Source of the DNA: Chthonomonadales bacterium
GTDB taxonomy: Bacteria; Armatimonadota; Chthonomonadetes; Chthonomonadales; CAJBBX01
Reading direction: 5' to 3'
Length of the DNA stretch: 64,000 bases
Assembly: GCA_049967475.1 (NCBI GenBank)
Contig: JBMFSQ010000012.1
Span: forward strand, 30,883 to 94,882
The notes under the pieces are model-generated. The model was not told the DNA's origin and searched no databases. It saw only the letters and a list, made by a program, of their open reading frames with translations. Shown one piece after another: positions 19,739 through 30,695 of the stretch; within the stretch, counting starts at the first letter, position 1; every line of letters starts with the position of its first letter. The position numbers and the translations under genes are program-made.

Positions 19739-22700
19739 TCATCTTCCGCCTGTGGCCACCGGTTGCACTCCGTCATTCTTGCCATAATGCACGGCGCGTT
19801 CCAACACGGCCACCATCTCCTCGGCCTCCTCCAAAACCCTTGGAGAACGGATCGGCACGATGACCGCGTCGGGCGTAAAACGATGCCCCTTGAAAGCGTA
19901 TGTAAGCAGACGGACGGCCTCAGGATGGAGACGGGCATGCGGCGCAAGCTTGATGGCGACCTGCGTTCTTTCGCCGCGCATCTGCGCGATCCCTGCATCC
20001 CGCGCGCGCAGCCTCAGGCGAAGAATGGCCAAGGCGTTCCACACGGCCTTGGGCGGATCGCCGTACCGGTCCTCCAGCTCCTCGCGCAGCAGGTTCACGT
20101 CGTCGTTGGTTTGCACCGATGCCATACGTTTATAGAAGTAGATGCGTTCCGCTTCGTTGGGAATGTAGTCTGCCGGAATGTGCGCGGTTACCGGCAAATC
20201 CACCGCCGGAAGCGTGGGGTCTACGGCATCTTCCCCCTTCAATTCGGACACTGCCTGGGACAGCAGCTTACAATAAAGGTCGAAGCCCACGGCCACCATT
20301 GCGCCGGATTGCTCGGGGCCCAAGAGGTTCCCGGCGCCCCGGATCTCCAAGTCCTTCATCGCCACCTGGAAACCGGAGCCCAAGGCCGTGAACTGGCGGA
20401 TCGCGGCCAGGCGGTCCTCTGCCACTTCGGTAAGCTGCCCGGCTCTTCGGTAGAACAGATAGGCGTAGGCTTGCCGGTCGCTTCGGCCCACACGCCCGCG
20501 GAGCTGATAGAGTTGTGCGAGACCCATGCGATCGGCGCGGTCTATGATGATGGTATTGACGTTGGGGATGTCCAGGCCGTTCTCGATGATGGTGGTGCAC
20601 ACGAGCACATCGAAGGCACGGTGGTAGAAATCGTACATGATGCGCTCAAGTTCATCCTCGGACATTTGGCCATGGCCCACGCGGATGCGCGCATCGGGAA
20701 CAAGGCGCTGCACCCGCTGAGCCACGAAATCAATGCTTTCTACACGGTTGTGGACGAAGTAGACTTGGCCGTCGCGCTCCAGCTCCCGCAGAATGGCATC
20801 GCGGATGAGATCTTCGTTGTATTCGCTTACATGGGTCACGATCGGCAGGCGGCCTCCGGGCGCATCTTCGATAACACTCATATCGCGCAATCCCGAGAGC
20901 GCCATAGAGAGCGTGCGCGGTATCGGCGTTGCTGTGAGGGTAAGCACGTCTACGGTCTTGCGAAGTTGTTTGAGGCGCTCCTTGTGACCCACCCCAAAGC
21001 GCTGCTCTTCATCTACGATGACGAGGCCCAGGTTGCGGAATTCGACGTCTTTTGAGAGGAGCCGATGCGTCCCTACCACAATGTCTACTGCGCCCGCCTT
21101 TAGCGCCTGCACCGTCCGATGCTGCTCGGTGCGGCTCCTGAAGCGGCTCAAGAGCTCAACCCGGATCGGATATGCCGCGAGCCGCTCGGAAAAGGTGGTA
21201 TGGTGCTGGGCTGCCAGAACCGTAGTAGGGCACAGGACAGCTACTTGCCGGCCCGCCTCAACTACCTTGAAGGCGGCGCGAATGGCTACCTCAGTCTTGC
21301 CGAAGCCTACGTCGCCGCAGACCAACCGGTCCATCGGCCGAGGAGCCATGAGGTCCGACTTCACCTCTGCGATGGCGCGGAGCTGGCTGGGCGTCTCCTC
21401 ATAAGGAAACGACTCCTCCATCTCGCGTTGCCAGGGACTATCTTCATCCAGAGGGGTGCGTTCGGCTGTTTGGCGCGCTGCATAGAGCTCGATGAGTTCC
21501 CGGGCCATCGCCTTGGCCTGCTCCTTCACGCGCCGGGTAGTTCTTTCCCAGTCGCTTCCTCCGATGCGGTTGAGAGTGGGAGGGGAACCATCCCCTCCCA
21601 CATAACGTTGCACCCGGTCTATCTGATCAGCCGGCACGTAGAGCCGGTCGCCCCCCGAATATTCCACGAGGAGATAATCTCGTTGAGCGCCATCAATTGC
21701 GCGCTTCACTAATCCCCGATACACGCCTATTCCATGGTGGATGTGAACCACGTAGTCGCCAGGACGGAGATCCAATACTGTGGAGATGGGTATGCCCCCT
21801 TTGGGTCTCCGCCGAGGGGCAAGGGCGCGGGTGCTGCCGAAGAGTTCAGCGTCCGTAGCAACATAAAGACCGATGGCGGGGAATTTGAAGCCCTGCCGCA
21901 GGCGCCCTTCCAGGATGCGAACTGCTGGGCCCGTAGGAATTTCGGTGGTGTCTTCGTCTCCGAGTACGGCAATCCCGAGTTCCGTGCAAATTGCGCGCAC
22001 GCGCTGAGGCTGATCCGTAACTAGGAAGCAGTCCGCCCCGTTCTTGCGCCATGCGGCCACTTCATCCGCAAGGAAGGTTAGGCGCGCCCGCCAGGTTTCC
22101 ATAGCGGCTGACCCGGCACAGATGGATAGATCCGGCGGAACTGCATCCCACGCCTGCGGCATCTGGCTGATCAAGACCGCAGCCTGCTGCCGAACGACAC
22201 GGTCCAATGCCTGGAGCATGGGAACAAACAGATCCTCAGTGTGGAAAATCTCCCCACGTTCATACCGGCGGGTGCGCAATTCACCCAGCTCGGCCTGGAT
22301 GCGCTGGAATTGCCTCTCAACTCGGAGCGGCTCATCTACTACAAGGATCGAAGGATGCGTGCCGGCCGCAACAAGGTAATCCAGAGCGCAGGTGGATTGA
22401 GGCACGAGGTAGGGTAGGTAGACCTCCATACCCTCAAAGCACGCATTGCCGGCAAGCCGGGCAAGGTCCTGTTCGGCTAGGGCGGCAAGCCGATCTAGGG
22501 CATCGCGCTTGCCTGCGGAGGCAAGTTCCCCTTCGCGAAGGCGGATTGCGTTTCTGATTTCGGGAAGCGCCCGCTCTATGACATCTGCGGGGACGATGGT
22601 CTCTCGCGCAGGCCCTACGAGTACCCTTTCGAGGCGGCCGGTGGAACGCTGCGTAACGACATCAAAGGACCGGATGCTCTCGATATCATCTCCGAAGAAT

Positions 22701-23293
22701 TCCAGCCGAACCGGCGCTGAAAGCGTGGACGAGAAGACGTCGAGGATACCCCCGCGCCTGGAGAATTCGCCAGGCCTTGCCACCGCAACGGCCGCCTCGT
22801 ATCCCATGGCGACCAAGCGGGCAATCAGATGCTCCATGGGCATGGAGGCGCCTGCCACCAGCTCGACGGTATGCGTTTGGAGGAACTCTGATGGAACCGT
22901 CCGGTGAAGCGCGGCATCCAGGGTCCCTACGACAACGCAGGGATCGCCGCTCGTAAGGGCCAAGAGGGCGCTGATGCGGTCGCTCATAGCGGAATGGTCC
23001 GGTGCCGTTCCGGTGATGCGCGAGGATTCCGGTGAAGGGAGGTGGAAGAGTTGATCCGGGCTCAGCCCGAATTGCTTCAGGTCGTCCAGGATGCGGCCGG
23101 CTTCCTGCGGGTGCGGCGTGATTACCAGGAGGCGAGGTTGGAGCCGCTCAAACAGGCGTGCGATAACGAGGGATTTAGCGGTTCCCGCCAAATCCTCGAT
23201 CTGCACCTTGACCGCTGACGAGGCCAACCTCGTAAGAAGATCGGCGAACCCGGGCAGCCTGTCGGCATACTGGGTAAGCTGCCTGAACTCCAT
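19739..23293 (-). CDS. mfd: Transcription-repair coupling factor
   Basis: UvrB-homology RRGGILDVF, RID VVHIHHGIG, GDVGFGKTEVA, DEEQRFG, QLRGRVGRS, C-terminal TRCF domain. Confidence 0.97.
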   Translation of the reverse strand: MEFRQLTQYADRLPGFADLLTRLASSAVKVQIEDLAGTAKSLVIARLFERLQPRLLVITPHPQEAGRILDDLKQFGLSPDQLFHLPSPESSRITGTAPDHSAMSDRISALLALTSGDPCVVVGTLDAALHRTVPSEFLQTHTVELVAGASMPMEHLIARLVAMGYEAAVAVARPGEFSRRGGILDVFSSTLSAPVRLEFFGDDIESIRSFDVVTQRSTGRLERVLVGPARETIVPADVIERALPEIRNAIRLREGELASAGKRDALDRLAALAEQDLARLAGNACFEGMEVYLPYLVPQSTCALDYLVAAGTHPSILVVDEPLRVERQFQRIQAELGELRTRRYERGEIFHTEDLFVPMLQALDRVVRQQAAVLISQMPQAWDAVPPDLSICAGSAAMETWRARLTFLADEVAAWRKNGADCFLVTDQPQRVRAICTELGIAVLGDEDTTEIPTGPAVRILEGRLRQGFKFPAIGLYVATDAELFGSTRALAPRRRPKGGIPISTVLDLRPGDYVVHIHHGIGVYRGLVKRAIDGAQRDYLLVEYSGGDRLYVPADQIDRVQRYVGGDGSPPTLNRIGGSDWERTTRRVKEQAKAMARELIELYAARQTAERTPLDEDSPWQREMEESFPYEETPSQLRAIAEVKSDLMAPRPMDRLVCGDVGFGKTEVAIRAAFKVVEAGRQVAVLCPTTVLAAQHHTTFSERLAAYPIRVELLSRFRSRTEQHRTVQALKAGAVDIVVGTHRLLSKDVEFRNLGLVIVDEEQRFGVGHKERLKQLRKTVDVLTLTATPIPRTLSMALSGLRDMSVIEDAPGGRLPIVTHVSEYNEDLIRDAILRELERDGQVYFVHNRVESIDFVAQRVQRLVPDARIRVGHGQMSEDELERIMYDFYHRAFDVLVCTTIIENGLDIPNVNTIIIDRADRMGLAQLYQLRGRVGRSDRQAYAYLFYRRAGQLTEVAEDRLAAIRQFTALGSGFQVAMKDLEIRGAGNLLGPEQSGAMVAVGFDLYCKLLSQAVSELKGEDAVDPTLPAVDLPVTAHIPADYIPNEAERIYFYKRMASVQTNDDVNLLREELEDRYGDPPKAVWNALAILRLRLRARDAGIAQMRGERTQVAIKLAPHARLHPEAVRLLTYAFKGHRFTPDAVIVPIRSPRVLEEAEEMVAVLERAVHYGKNDGVQPVATGGR

Positions 23294-23423
23294 AGCGCAA
23301 ACACACAAAAACGGCCGGATTGCGCACGAGCAACCGGCACTATTCTGGCCTACGCAATTTATTATACCCGAGGCCGAAGTCGGCACCCGAGGTGCCCTAG
23401 GTGTGCGGCGAGCGGCCCAGCGC

Positions 23424-23732
23424 TTAGGGCTCTGAAGGGATGATGAGAGGCTGCTCTCCCTTCCTCACATATCCGAGCTTCCGCGCCTCCCGCTCCATCC
23501 CTGCGTCCGTCTGAAGTTGCCGGATGCGGTGCGCAAGGCGCTGGTTCTCTAGCTCGAGCTGATGGTTGTGCTCGGCTAGAAGCCGGTTCTCCGCCTCCAT
23601 GCGGCCTGCGATGGCATAGGGACGATGAACCACTACACCCATCCAAGCCATGCCGGCACATGCGGCAAGCACCGCGCCTCCGCGGAGTATCCGCTCCGCA
23701 ACGCTGCGTTCCTTAAGCGCGTTCAAAGCCAT
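23424..23732 (-). CDS. FtsB/DivIC-like septum formation initiator
   Basis: One TM, coiled coil, C-terminal EREARKLGYVRKGE; RBS GAGG. Confidence 0.75.
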   Translation of the reverse strand: MALNALKERSVAERILRGGAVLAACAGMAWMGVVVHRPYAIAGRMEAENRLLAEHNHQLELENQRLAHRIRQLQTDAGMEREARKLGYVRKGEQPLIIPSEP

Positions 23733-24011
23733 GGAACATTCCTCACAACAAATCAACCCGCGGTCGCCTGAAACCCCATTGTAGCCGGCGTGCCCCTGTG
23801 GCACAAAAAGTGGACACCGGATGGCGATCCCGGACAGACTTGGCATTCCGCGCTCGGCTCGCCGAGGTCTTTTGCGATGCCTTCGAACCATGTCATGAGG
23901 CTGCGAGCTCATGGAACAAGGCGAACCACAGGACCCCGGGATGCGGACGATGGGAACAGATGCCTTCCGCCGCTCTATTCGACGCCGCCCCGGCAATTCC
24001 CTTGCGCGGGC

Positions 24012-25430
24012 TCAGGGTTCCTGTCCCAGTGTGTGCAGCCGGATGAGGTTCGTCGTGCCGATGACGTTGACGGGCACCCCCGCCGTGAGCACTACACGGC
24101 TCCCCATGGGCGCCAGTTTGAGGCGAACCACTGCGGCGAGGGCTGCATTCATCATATGGTCGGTATCACGCACCGGTTCGATCAATACGGGCGTGACGCC
24201 CCACGTGACGGCCAGCGCGCGAAACGTGTCCTCCGAAGGGGTAACTGCTACGATCGGCGTACGCGGGCGGTATTTGGCGATGAGGCGCGCGGTGAAACCT
24301 GAGGTCGTTGCGGTGATGATCAGAGCAGCCTGCAACTGTGTAGCGATCTCCACTGTGGCGTGGGCAACTGCCTCAGCGGGAACTTTGCGGGTGAGGGCGC
24401 GCTCTTCTTCCACAACGGAGGAGGTACCCACATGATCATCGGTGCGCCGGGCGATGCGGGCCATCATCCGAACGGCTTCCACAGGGTATTCGCCAACGGC
24501 AGTCTCAGCCGAAAGCATCACCGCGTCTGTACCATCGAGGATCGCATTCGCCACATCCGTAACCTCGGCCCGCGTCGGCATTGGGTTATGCGTCATGCTC
24601 TCCAGCATCTGCGTGGCAGTAATCACGGGTTTTCCGGCCCGGCGGCAAAGGGCGATGATGTGCTTCTGCACTTCCGGCACTTCGTCAATGGGTATCTCAA
24701 CGCCCAGATCTCCGCGGGCCACCATAATCCCGTCGGCTGCATCCACGATGGAGTGGATGGCGCGCACTGCCTCCATGCGTTCGATCTTGGCAATGATGGG
24801 CTTTGTCACGCCCTGCGCGGCCATGCATTGCCGAAGCGGCTCCAGATCTTCCGCAGAACGCACGAAGGAAGCCGCCACCCAATCTACGCCGGCAGGAAGA
24901 CCCAGCTTTAGGTCCTCCAAGTCCTTGGGGGTAACGGCGTTGATGGCCAGGGGGACACCAGGTGCCGTGAGGCCTTTGTGCGAGGTAAGCGTTCCTCCAA
25001 CCTGCACACGCGCCACGATCTCGGAGCTGCTTCGCGTCACGACGCGAAACACCAGCAATCCGTCGTCCGCTACCAAGCGGTCTCCTTCGTGAACAGCGTG
25101 AATGAGCTCAGGGAACGGGAGAGGTATCGTTCCGGGTGACGCCGGTTCCAAGGAGAAGGTCACGAGATCGTTGCGGCGGAGTGTGACGGAACCGGACGGC
25201 AGAACGCCGATGCGCACCTTGGGTCCCGAAAGGTCCTGGAGAATTGCGATGTTCTTGCCGAGTGCGGCGGCGACACTGCGGACGCGCTCGATGGCTGCCG
25301 AATGCTCGGCTGGGGTTCCATGGGAGAAGTTGATGCGCGCCACATCCATTCCGGCATTCATCATCCGCCGGAGGGTGGTTGCATGGGAGGAAGCTGGGCC
25401 GATGGTGCAGACGATCTTTGTACGCCGCAT
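24012..25430 (-). CDS. pyk: Pyruvate kinase
   Basis: RRTKIVCTIGPAS, RINFSHG, IMVARGDLGVE, TRAEVTDVANA. Confidence 0.98.
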   Translation of the reverse strand: MRRTKIVCTIGPASSHATTLRRMMNAGMDVARINFSHGTPAEHSAAIERVRSVAAALGKNIAILQDLSGPKVRIGVLPSGSVTLRRNDLVTFSLEPASPGTIPLPFPELIHAVHEGDRLVADDGLLVFRVVTRSSSEIVARVQVGGTLTSHKGLTAPGVPLAINAVTPKDLEDLKLGLPAGVDWVAASFVRSAEDLEPLRQCMAAQGVTKPIIAKIERMEAVRAIHSIVDAADGIMVARGDLGVEIPIDEVPEVQKHIIALCRRAGKPVITATQMLESMTHNPMPTRAEVTDVANAILDGTDAVMLSAETAVGEYPVEAVRMMARIARRTDDHVGTSSVVEEERALTRKVPAEAVAHATVEIATQLQAALIITATTSGFTARLIAKYRPRTPIVAVTPSEDTFRALAVTWGVTPVLIEPVRDTDHMMNAALAAVVRLKLAPMGSRVVLTAGVPVNVIGTTNLIRLHTLGQEP

Positions 25431-25513
25431 AAAGAGCCTCGCCGGATGAGGAGACGTCGGCCTAAGGATACCTCATCCGGCGGTTCGGCACCTATGCAGC
25501 GCCTGTGAAGGGG

Positions 25514-25909
25514 CTATGCACCGCAGCATCCCGAGGAACAGCCTCCTTCACCCTCTTCCGTGGAGAAGGATGAGCCGCACCCGCAGGAATGGATCGCATT
25601 GGGATTGTCTATCTTGAAGCCGCCGCCCATCACGTCCTCAATGTAATCCACCGAGGAGCCATGGATATATTGGAGGCTGAGAGGATCCACCAGAATGCGG
25701 ACGCCGTGCTGTTCCAGCTCGAGATCGCCCTCTTCCACCTCGTCCGCGATGGCCATCCCATACTGAAGGCCGGAGCAGCCCCCTCCGGCAACAAAGACGC
25801 GCAGGGCAGCATTTGCCACTCCCTGACTTTCAAAAAGGTTCTTGATCTCGGTCGCCGCGCGCTCGCTCAGCGTAATGGCGGCCGGCAGATCTGCAGCCGG
25901 AGTACTCAT
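25514..25909 (-). CDS. erpA: A-type Fe-S cluster insertion protein (HesB/IscA/ErpA)
   Basis: GGGCSGLQY and CGCGSSF. Confidence 0.92.
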   Translation of the reverse strand: MSTPAADLPAAITLSERAATEIKNLFESQGVANAALRVFVAGGGCSGLQYGMAIADEVEEGDLELEQHGVRILVDPLSLQYIHGSSVDYIEDVMGGGFKIDNPNAIHSCGCGSSFSTEEGEGGCSSGCCGA

Positions 25910-25998
25910 CGTTCTTCTTTGCTCCTTTTTAAGTGGACGGCTGCAAAACAGCCAGCCCGGGGACTACGCGTTCCCAACCGTCCTGAGACACTCAGTGG

Positions 25999-26027
25999 AT
26001 TATACGGCCTATCGGCGAATAAAGCAA
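25999..26027 (-). promoter_or_regulatory. sigma70-type promoter upstream of erpA
   Basis: TTGCTT-N17-TATAAT on the minus strand. Confidence 0.6.
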
Positions 26028-26200
26028 GAGGCAGCTTTACCAATGGAATCGGTTCGTGCCGGGCGGTCTTTCCTTGATTGCGAGCCCGATGTGCAACCAG
26101 ACGCATGCCGGGCCCATGATGGGCCGCACGGGTATAATACGCCAGATCGGCAGAAGCCGTTTCGTTCCGGCGAGAGGTAACCCACGCGGCACGAGCATCC

Positions 26201-26944
26201 ATGCCGCCGCAGTACGCGATGGACCCAAGAGACCGGCTAATCTTGGCCCTGGACGTGAAGAGCCTGGACGCAGCCATGCGCCTGGTGGAGGCCACTTCGG
26301 CATACGTGGGTGCGTTTAAAGTGGGCATCGAGCTGGTGAACGTGGAGGGTCCGCGAGTGTTCAGCGCCCTTCGCGACTGTGGGGCTCAGCGCATCTTTTA
26401 TGATGCCAAGTTTCATGACATTCCCAATACCGTGTTTCGAGCGGTGGAGGCAGCGCTGAGACATCATCTTTGGATGCTCAATGTTCACGCATCGGGGGGA
26501 TCGCGGATGGTAGCCGCAGCGGCCGAGGCGATCCGCGGACATGTGCGGGACGCCCTGACCGATGCGCGCCCGATCCTGCTGGGAGTTACGCTTCTCACCA
26601 GCCTGGACGATGCCGAACTGCATGATGAATTGATGGTGCGTTTGGACCGCCTGAATTACGTGCGGCATCTAGCCCAGATGGTGCAACGGTCCGGAGGTCA
26701 GGGCGTGGTAGCATCCGCGTGGGAGATCGAGGCCGTGCGCGACGCCTGCGGGGAGGACTTCGTGATTGTGACGCCTGGAGTGCGTCCTGAAGGCTTCGAC
26801 GCGGCAGATCAGCGCAGAACGGCTACACCCGCAGAAGCTTTGAAGCGCGGAGCGGATTACCTTGTGGTGGGACGCCCCATAACCGCAGCCAAGAACCCGA
26901 CAGAAGCCGCCCGGCGATTGATCGCCCAAATCCCGGCCGAATGA
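26201..26944 (+). CDS. pyrF: Orotidine-5'-phosphate decarboxylase (start may be ATG 26219)
   Basis: LILALD, DAKFHDIPNT, VTPGVRP, VVGRPIT. Confidence 0.97.
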   Translation: MPPQYAMDPRDRLILALDVKSLDAAMRLVEATSAYVGAFKVGIELVNVEGPRVFSALRDCGAQRIFYDAKFHDIPNTVFRAVEAALRHHLWMLNVHASGGSRMVAAAAEAIRGHVRDALTDARPILLGVTLLTSLDDAELHDELMVRLDRLNYVRHLAQMVQRSGGQGVVASAWEIEAVRDACGEDFVIVTPGVRPEGFDAADQRRTATPAEALKRGADYLVVGRPITAAKNPTEAARRLIAQIPAE

Positions 26945-27020
26945 GCGGGGCATACCATGCAGCGGTTTGCGTGCGAGCGGGGGACGGGTTCCAAACTACA
27001 TTTAGAAAGAGGAGTAGGGC

Positions 27021-27824
27021 GTGAAAAAGTCCATAGTGACGGCCAATTACGTTACCCGTGTGTTCGGATACCAGCCCCCTAAACCGTTCGATTGGGGCAG
27101 ATGCGAGGAAGCAACGAAGGATCAGTTCACCTCGTGGGGATGGGAGATGGAATGGGCCACCATCTGCCGGGAAGTAGCAGACCTCGGTGTGGAAGGCATC
27201 GAGGTGTGGGTTGCCCACCTGCCCTACGACCGGGTGGATGAAAAGCACGTGAGGAAGTTCGCGCAGATTGTTCGGGATCATGGCCTCGTGGTGAGTGGTT
27301 ACGCAGGATGGTTCGGAGGCCCCGGACACACGAAAGAAGACTATGAGCGGGCCTGTACCGCAGCGAACATCCTGGGCGCCCCCTATCTTCAAGGAGGCAT
27401 CGCCTGGGATCGGCTGGAGGTGAGTTTGCCGGTACTGCAGGCCCATGGCGTCAAGGTGACCATCGAAAACCATCCCGGCATGGAGACCCCCGAGAAGATG
27501 CTGGCCCAGATCGCTGCGGCGCCGGACGTGCTGGGTGCGGGTCCCGACACGGGCTGGTTCGCCGTAGTAAATGAAGACGCAGCCGAGGCGGTGCGCAAGT
27601 TGGGCCGCCACGTGTGGCATGTGCATTGGAAGGACATGAAAGCCCAAGGTGCCCATCAATCGTGTGCCATGGGGTATGGGGTAGTAGGACTGGATCGCGT
27701 TCTCGAGGTGCTTCTGGAACTGGGATACTCTGGATATCTGTCGTTGGAGCATGAACCGGAGGAAGGAGATCCCATGCCGGCCGTTCGCCAAGGCCTTGCG
27801 TGGCTGCGGGAGCACGGACAATGA
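27021..27824 (+). CDS. Sugar phosphate isomerase/epimerase (xylose-isomerase-like TIM barrel)
   Basis: IENH, DTGW, HVHWKD, GYLSLEHE; RBS AGGAG. Confidence 0.85.
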   Translation: MKKSIVTANYVTRVFGYQPPKPFDWGRCEEATKDQFTSWGWEMEWATICREVADLGVEGIEVWVAHLPYDRVDEKHVRKFAQIVRDHGLVVSGYAGWFGGPGHTKEDYERACTAANILGAPYLQGGIAWDRLEVSLPVLQAHGVKVTIENHPGMETPEKMLAQIAAAPDVLGAGPDTGWFAVVNEDAAEAVRKLGRHVWHVHWKDMKAQGAHQSCAMGYGVVGLDRVLEVLLELGYSGYLSLEHEPEEGDPMPAVRQGLAWLREHGQ

Positions 27825-28855
27825 CACAAGGAAGGGCAGCACCTAATTCGAAACATCGGGTAACGGTCATTCCGGGGGACGGTATCGGCCCGGAGGTGAT
27901 GCGTGCCGCGATGCGCGTAGTAGAAGCCTCCGGCGTACCCGTGGAATGGGAAGAGGTTCAAGCGGGATCGGAAATGGTGGCCCGCTACGGCACTGCGGTA
28001 CCCGATGGAGTGATCCATGCCATCGTGAAGAACCGTGTCGCGTTGAAGGGCCCCATCACCACACCAATCGGCGTAGGGTTCTCGAGCGCAAATGTTACCT
28101 TGCGCAAGCGCCTGAACCTCTACGCTAACGTTCGCCCTGTACGCTCGCTCCCCGGGGTCAAAACCCGGTTCGAGAATGTAGACCTGGTAGTAATCCGCGA
28201 GAACAGCGAAGATCTCTACTCCGGCTTGGAACACATCGTGGTGCCCGGGGTTGTGGAAAGCCTCAAGATCATCACGGAGGCGGCGTCTTTGCGCATCGGG
28301 CGCTATGCCTTCGAATACGCCCGGGAAGCAGGGCGGCGGAAAGTAACGGCTGTTCACAAAGCGAACATCATGAAGTTGGCAGACGGCCTCTTCCTTGAGT
28401 GCATGCGGCAGGCGGCTCGGGAATATCCCGAAATAGAGTACGAGGAACTCATCGTAGACAATACGTGCATGCAGCTCGTGATGCGGCCGGAGCGTTTCGA
28501 CGTGATGGTGATGGAGAACCTCTACGGGGACATCATCTCGGACCTGTGTGCCGGCCTCGTAGGAGGCCTCGGCCTCACGCCAAGCGCCAACGTGGGCGAC
28601 GGAGGCATCGTCATGTATGAAGCCGTGCACGGCTCCGCTCCGGATATTGCCGGGCGCAATCTGGCGAACCCATTGGCGCTCATCCTGTCGGCAGTAATGA
28701 TGCTGAGGCACCTGAACGAGGCAGATGCTGCCGGGCGGATAGAGAACGCCGTTCTGGAAGTCCTTTCCGAGGGCCGGCATCTCACCCGAGATCTGGGAGG
28801 CACCGCTACTACCACAGAGATCACAGAGGCCATCATCGGCAAGCTCACCGCATGA
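27821..28855 (+). CDS. icd: NAD-type isocitrate dehydrogenase (isocitrate/isopropylmalate dehydrogenase family)
   Basis: [25 protein letters not shown] (isocitrate-type S-x-N), [18 protein letters not shown] (NAD-type D-I); ATGA overlap with the upstream gene. Confidence 0.85.
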   Translation: MTQGRAAPNSKHRVTVIPGDGIGPEVMRAAMRVVEASGVPVEWEEVQAGSEMVARYGTAVPDGVIHAIVKNRVALKGPITTPIGVGFSSANVTLRKRLNLYANVRPVRSLPGVKTRFENVDLVVIRENSEDLYSGLEHIVVPGVVESLKIITEAASLRIGRYAFEYAREAGRRKVTAVHKANIMKLADGLFLECMRQAAREYPEIEYEELIVDNTCMQLVMRPERFDVMVMENLYGDIISDLCAGLVGGLGLTPSANVGDGGIVMYEAVHGSAPDIAGRNLANPLALILSAVMMLRHLNEADAAGRIENAVLEVLSEGRHLTRDLGGTATTTEITEAIIGKLTA

Positions 28856-28931
28856 GCTGAGCGCGTTTCCGCTGCGTGCAGAGTACAGCGCTCAACCCCA
28901 TTCTCTGTAATGGATACCGGGTTCCGGCCGG

Positions 28932-28960
28932 TTGCAGGGCGCACGAGTTTGTGATATAAT
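28932..28960 (+). promoter_or_regulatory. sigma70 promoter of the nusA operon
   Basis: TTGCAG-N17-TATAAT with extended TG. Confidence 0.7.
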
Positions 28961-28988
28961 GAAACGTCGGTAGATCGTGCCCTTGCCG

Positions 28989-29018
28989 AAGAGTGGGTTT
29001 CGCCCGCTCTTTTCTCTT
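28989..29018 (+). promoter_or_regulatory. rimP-leader-like attenuator hairpin
   Basis: AAGAGTGGG-TTTCG-CCCGCTCTT plus T-rich tail in the 5' UTR of nusA. Confidence 0.65.
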
Positions 29019-29087
29019 ATCTTGGGGCCGCCTCGTTGGGCGGCTTTCTGCTTGTAGGTGGTCTTTGGTATTCGCGGGAGAAGCGGA

Positions 29088-30326
29088 ATGAGCAACGAGT
29101 TCTTGGACATCCTCCGTCAAGTGTCGCGGGAAAAAGAGATCCCGCTGGAAGAATTGCTCGAAACCGTGGAGTCTGCGCTCGCCTCCGCTTACAAGCGGGA
29201 CTTTGCAAGCCAAGGTGAGATCAAGGTCCGCCTCCATGCCGACAAGGGCACCTTCCAGGTCTACTGCCAGAAGACAGTCGTCGAAGATCCGCAGGATCCG
29301 CTTTCCGAGATATCCGTGCAGGAAGCCCGCAAATACGATGCGGACGCGCTTCCCGGGCAGATCATCGAAATTGACATTACGCCGCGATCCTATGGCCGCA
29401 TCGCCGCTCAAACTGCCCGGCAGGTACTCACACAGCGCATTCGCGAGGTGGAGAGGGAGCGCGTTTACCGTGAGTTTATCGAGCGTGTAGGCGAAGTAAT
29501 GACCGGCATCGTTCAGCGCCGCGAAGGACGGCACGTCATCGTGGGGTTGGGCAAGGCCGAAGCAGTCCTCCCTCCCACCGAGCAGGTACCTTCCGAACCC
29601 TACAGGCCTAACGATCGGCTCAAAGTGTACATCGTGGAGGTGCGCAACACGTCCAAAGGGCCGCAGGTCCTTGTGTCTCGTACGCATCCTACCCTCATCC
29701 GCCGGCTCTTCGAGCTGGAGGTTCCCGAGATCACCGACGGTACGGTTACCATCAAATCGGTGGCGCGAGAGCCCGGGGCACGGTCCAAGATTGCCGTGTA
29801 TTCACGAGATGAGCGGGTAGATCCTGTCGGCGCCTGCGTGGGCCACCGTGGAAGTCGTGTGCAGTCTGTGGTAAATGAACTCTATGATGAGAAGATTGAC
29901 GTGGTTCGGTGGTCCGAGGATCCGGCGCAGTTCATTGCTGAGGCGCTGTCTCCAGCTAAAGTGCTCAAGGTGACCCTCAACGAGGAGAACAAGAGCGCCT
30001 TTGTGGTTGTGGCGGATAATCAGCTTTCCCTTGCCATTGGCCGATCCGGCCAGAATGTGCGCCTTGCAGCGCGTCTAACGGGCTGGCGGATTGATATCCG
30101 CAGTGAGAGCCAGGTGGCCAAGTCCGTACAGGAAGAAGAGACCGGCGTTCCGGCCGCCGCAGCGGAACTTCCCGTATCGGAAGAGAAAGCTGCGGTTGTT
30201 GCCGGCGTGTCGGCGGCGGATGAGAACGTCCCCGACGACAGCCTGCCCGAGATCCAGGCGGACGATTTGGACACGTCGCGGCTCCAAGATCAGCCGGAAG
30301 AGATCCTTCCGGGTTCCGGAGCGTAG
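29088..30326 (+). CDS. nusA: Transcription termination/antitermination factor NusA
   Basis: GRIAAQTARQV, S1 domain, KH domains AREPGARSKIAV and LSLAIGRSGQNVRLAARLTGWRIDI; acidic tail. Confidence 0.98.
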   Translation: MSNEFLDILRQVSREKEIPLEELLETVESALASAYKRDFASQGEIKVRLHADKGTFQVYCQKTVVEDPQDPLSEISVQEARKYDADALPGQIIEIDITPRSYGRIAAQTARQVLTQRIREVERERVYREFIERVGEVMTGIVQRREGRHVIVGLGKAEAVLPPTEQVPSEPYRPNDRLKVYIVEVRNTSKGPQVLVSRTHPTLIRRLFELEVPEITDGTVTIKSVAREPGARSKIAVYSRDERVDPVGACVGHRGSRVQSVVNELYDEKIDVVRWSEDPAQFIAEALSPAKVLKVTLNEENKSAFVVVADNQLSLAIGRSGQNVRLAARLTGWRIDIRSESQVAKSVQEEETGVPAAAAELPVSEEKAAVVAGVSAADENVPDDSLPEIQADDLDTSRLQDQPEEILPGSGA

Positions 30327-30357
30327 CGAAGTCCCAACTCCTTTGAAGTAAGAACCC

Positions 30358-30630
30358 ATGCGGCGCAGGCATATACCCATAAGGAGCTGCGTAGCCTGCC
30401 GCACCCCAGGCGACAAGCGTGGCCTGATTCGCGTGGTTCGCACACCCCAGGGTGAAGTGTTCGTGGATGTTACAGGCAAAGCCAATGGGCGTGGGGCCTA
30501 TGTGTGTGCCTCAGAGGCGTGCATCCTCCTGGCTCGGAAGCGCCGAAGCCTCCAGCGAAGCCTTGGCGTGGAAATTCCCGACACGCTGTATGACGCGCTC
30601 CTAGAACATGTGCGGCAAGAGCCTGCCTGA
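30358..30630 (+). CDS. ylxR: YlxR/RnpM (DUF448) RNA-binding protein
   Basis: PIRSCVACR, LIRVVR, GRGAYVC; directly after nusA. Confidence 0.93.
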   Translation: MRRRHIPIRSCVACRTPGDKRGLIRVVRTPQGEVFVDVTGKANGRGAYVCASEACILLARKRRSLQRSLGVEIPDTLYDALLEHVRQEPA

Positions 30631-30695
30631 GGAGCAGAATTTCGCTGGCCTGGCGTAACACGCTGGGCCGGTTCCTTTTGTGGAGGGCGGCAACG

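Noticed and set aside
19145..21055. 636-aa plus-strand ORF
   Set aside because: Antisense shadow of pdhA/mfd with no recognisable motifs; long shadow ORFs are expected at this GC content
25983..26125. Short palindromes CTGAGACACTCAG near the erpA promoter and GGCCCATGATGGGCC before pyrF
   Set aside because: Single copies with no clear match to an IscR/SufR or PyrR element; could be chance
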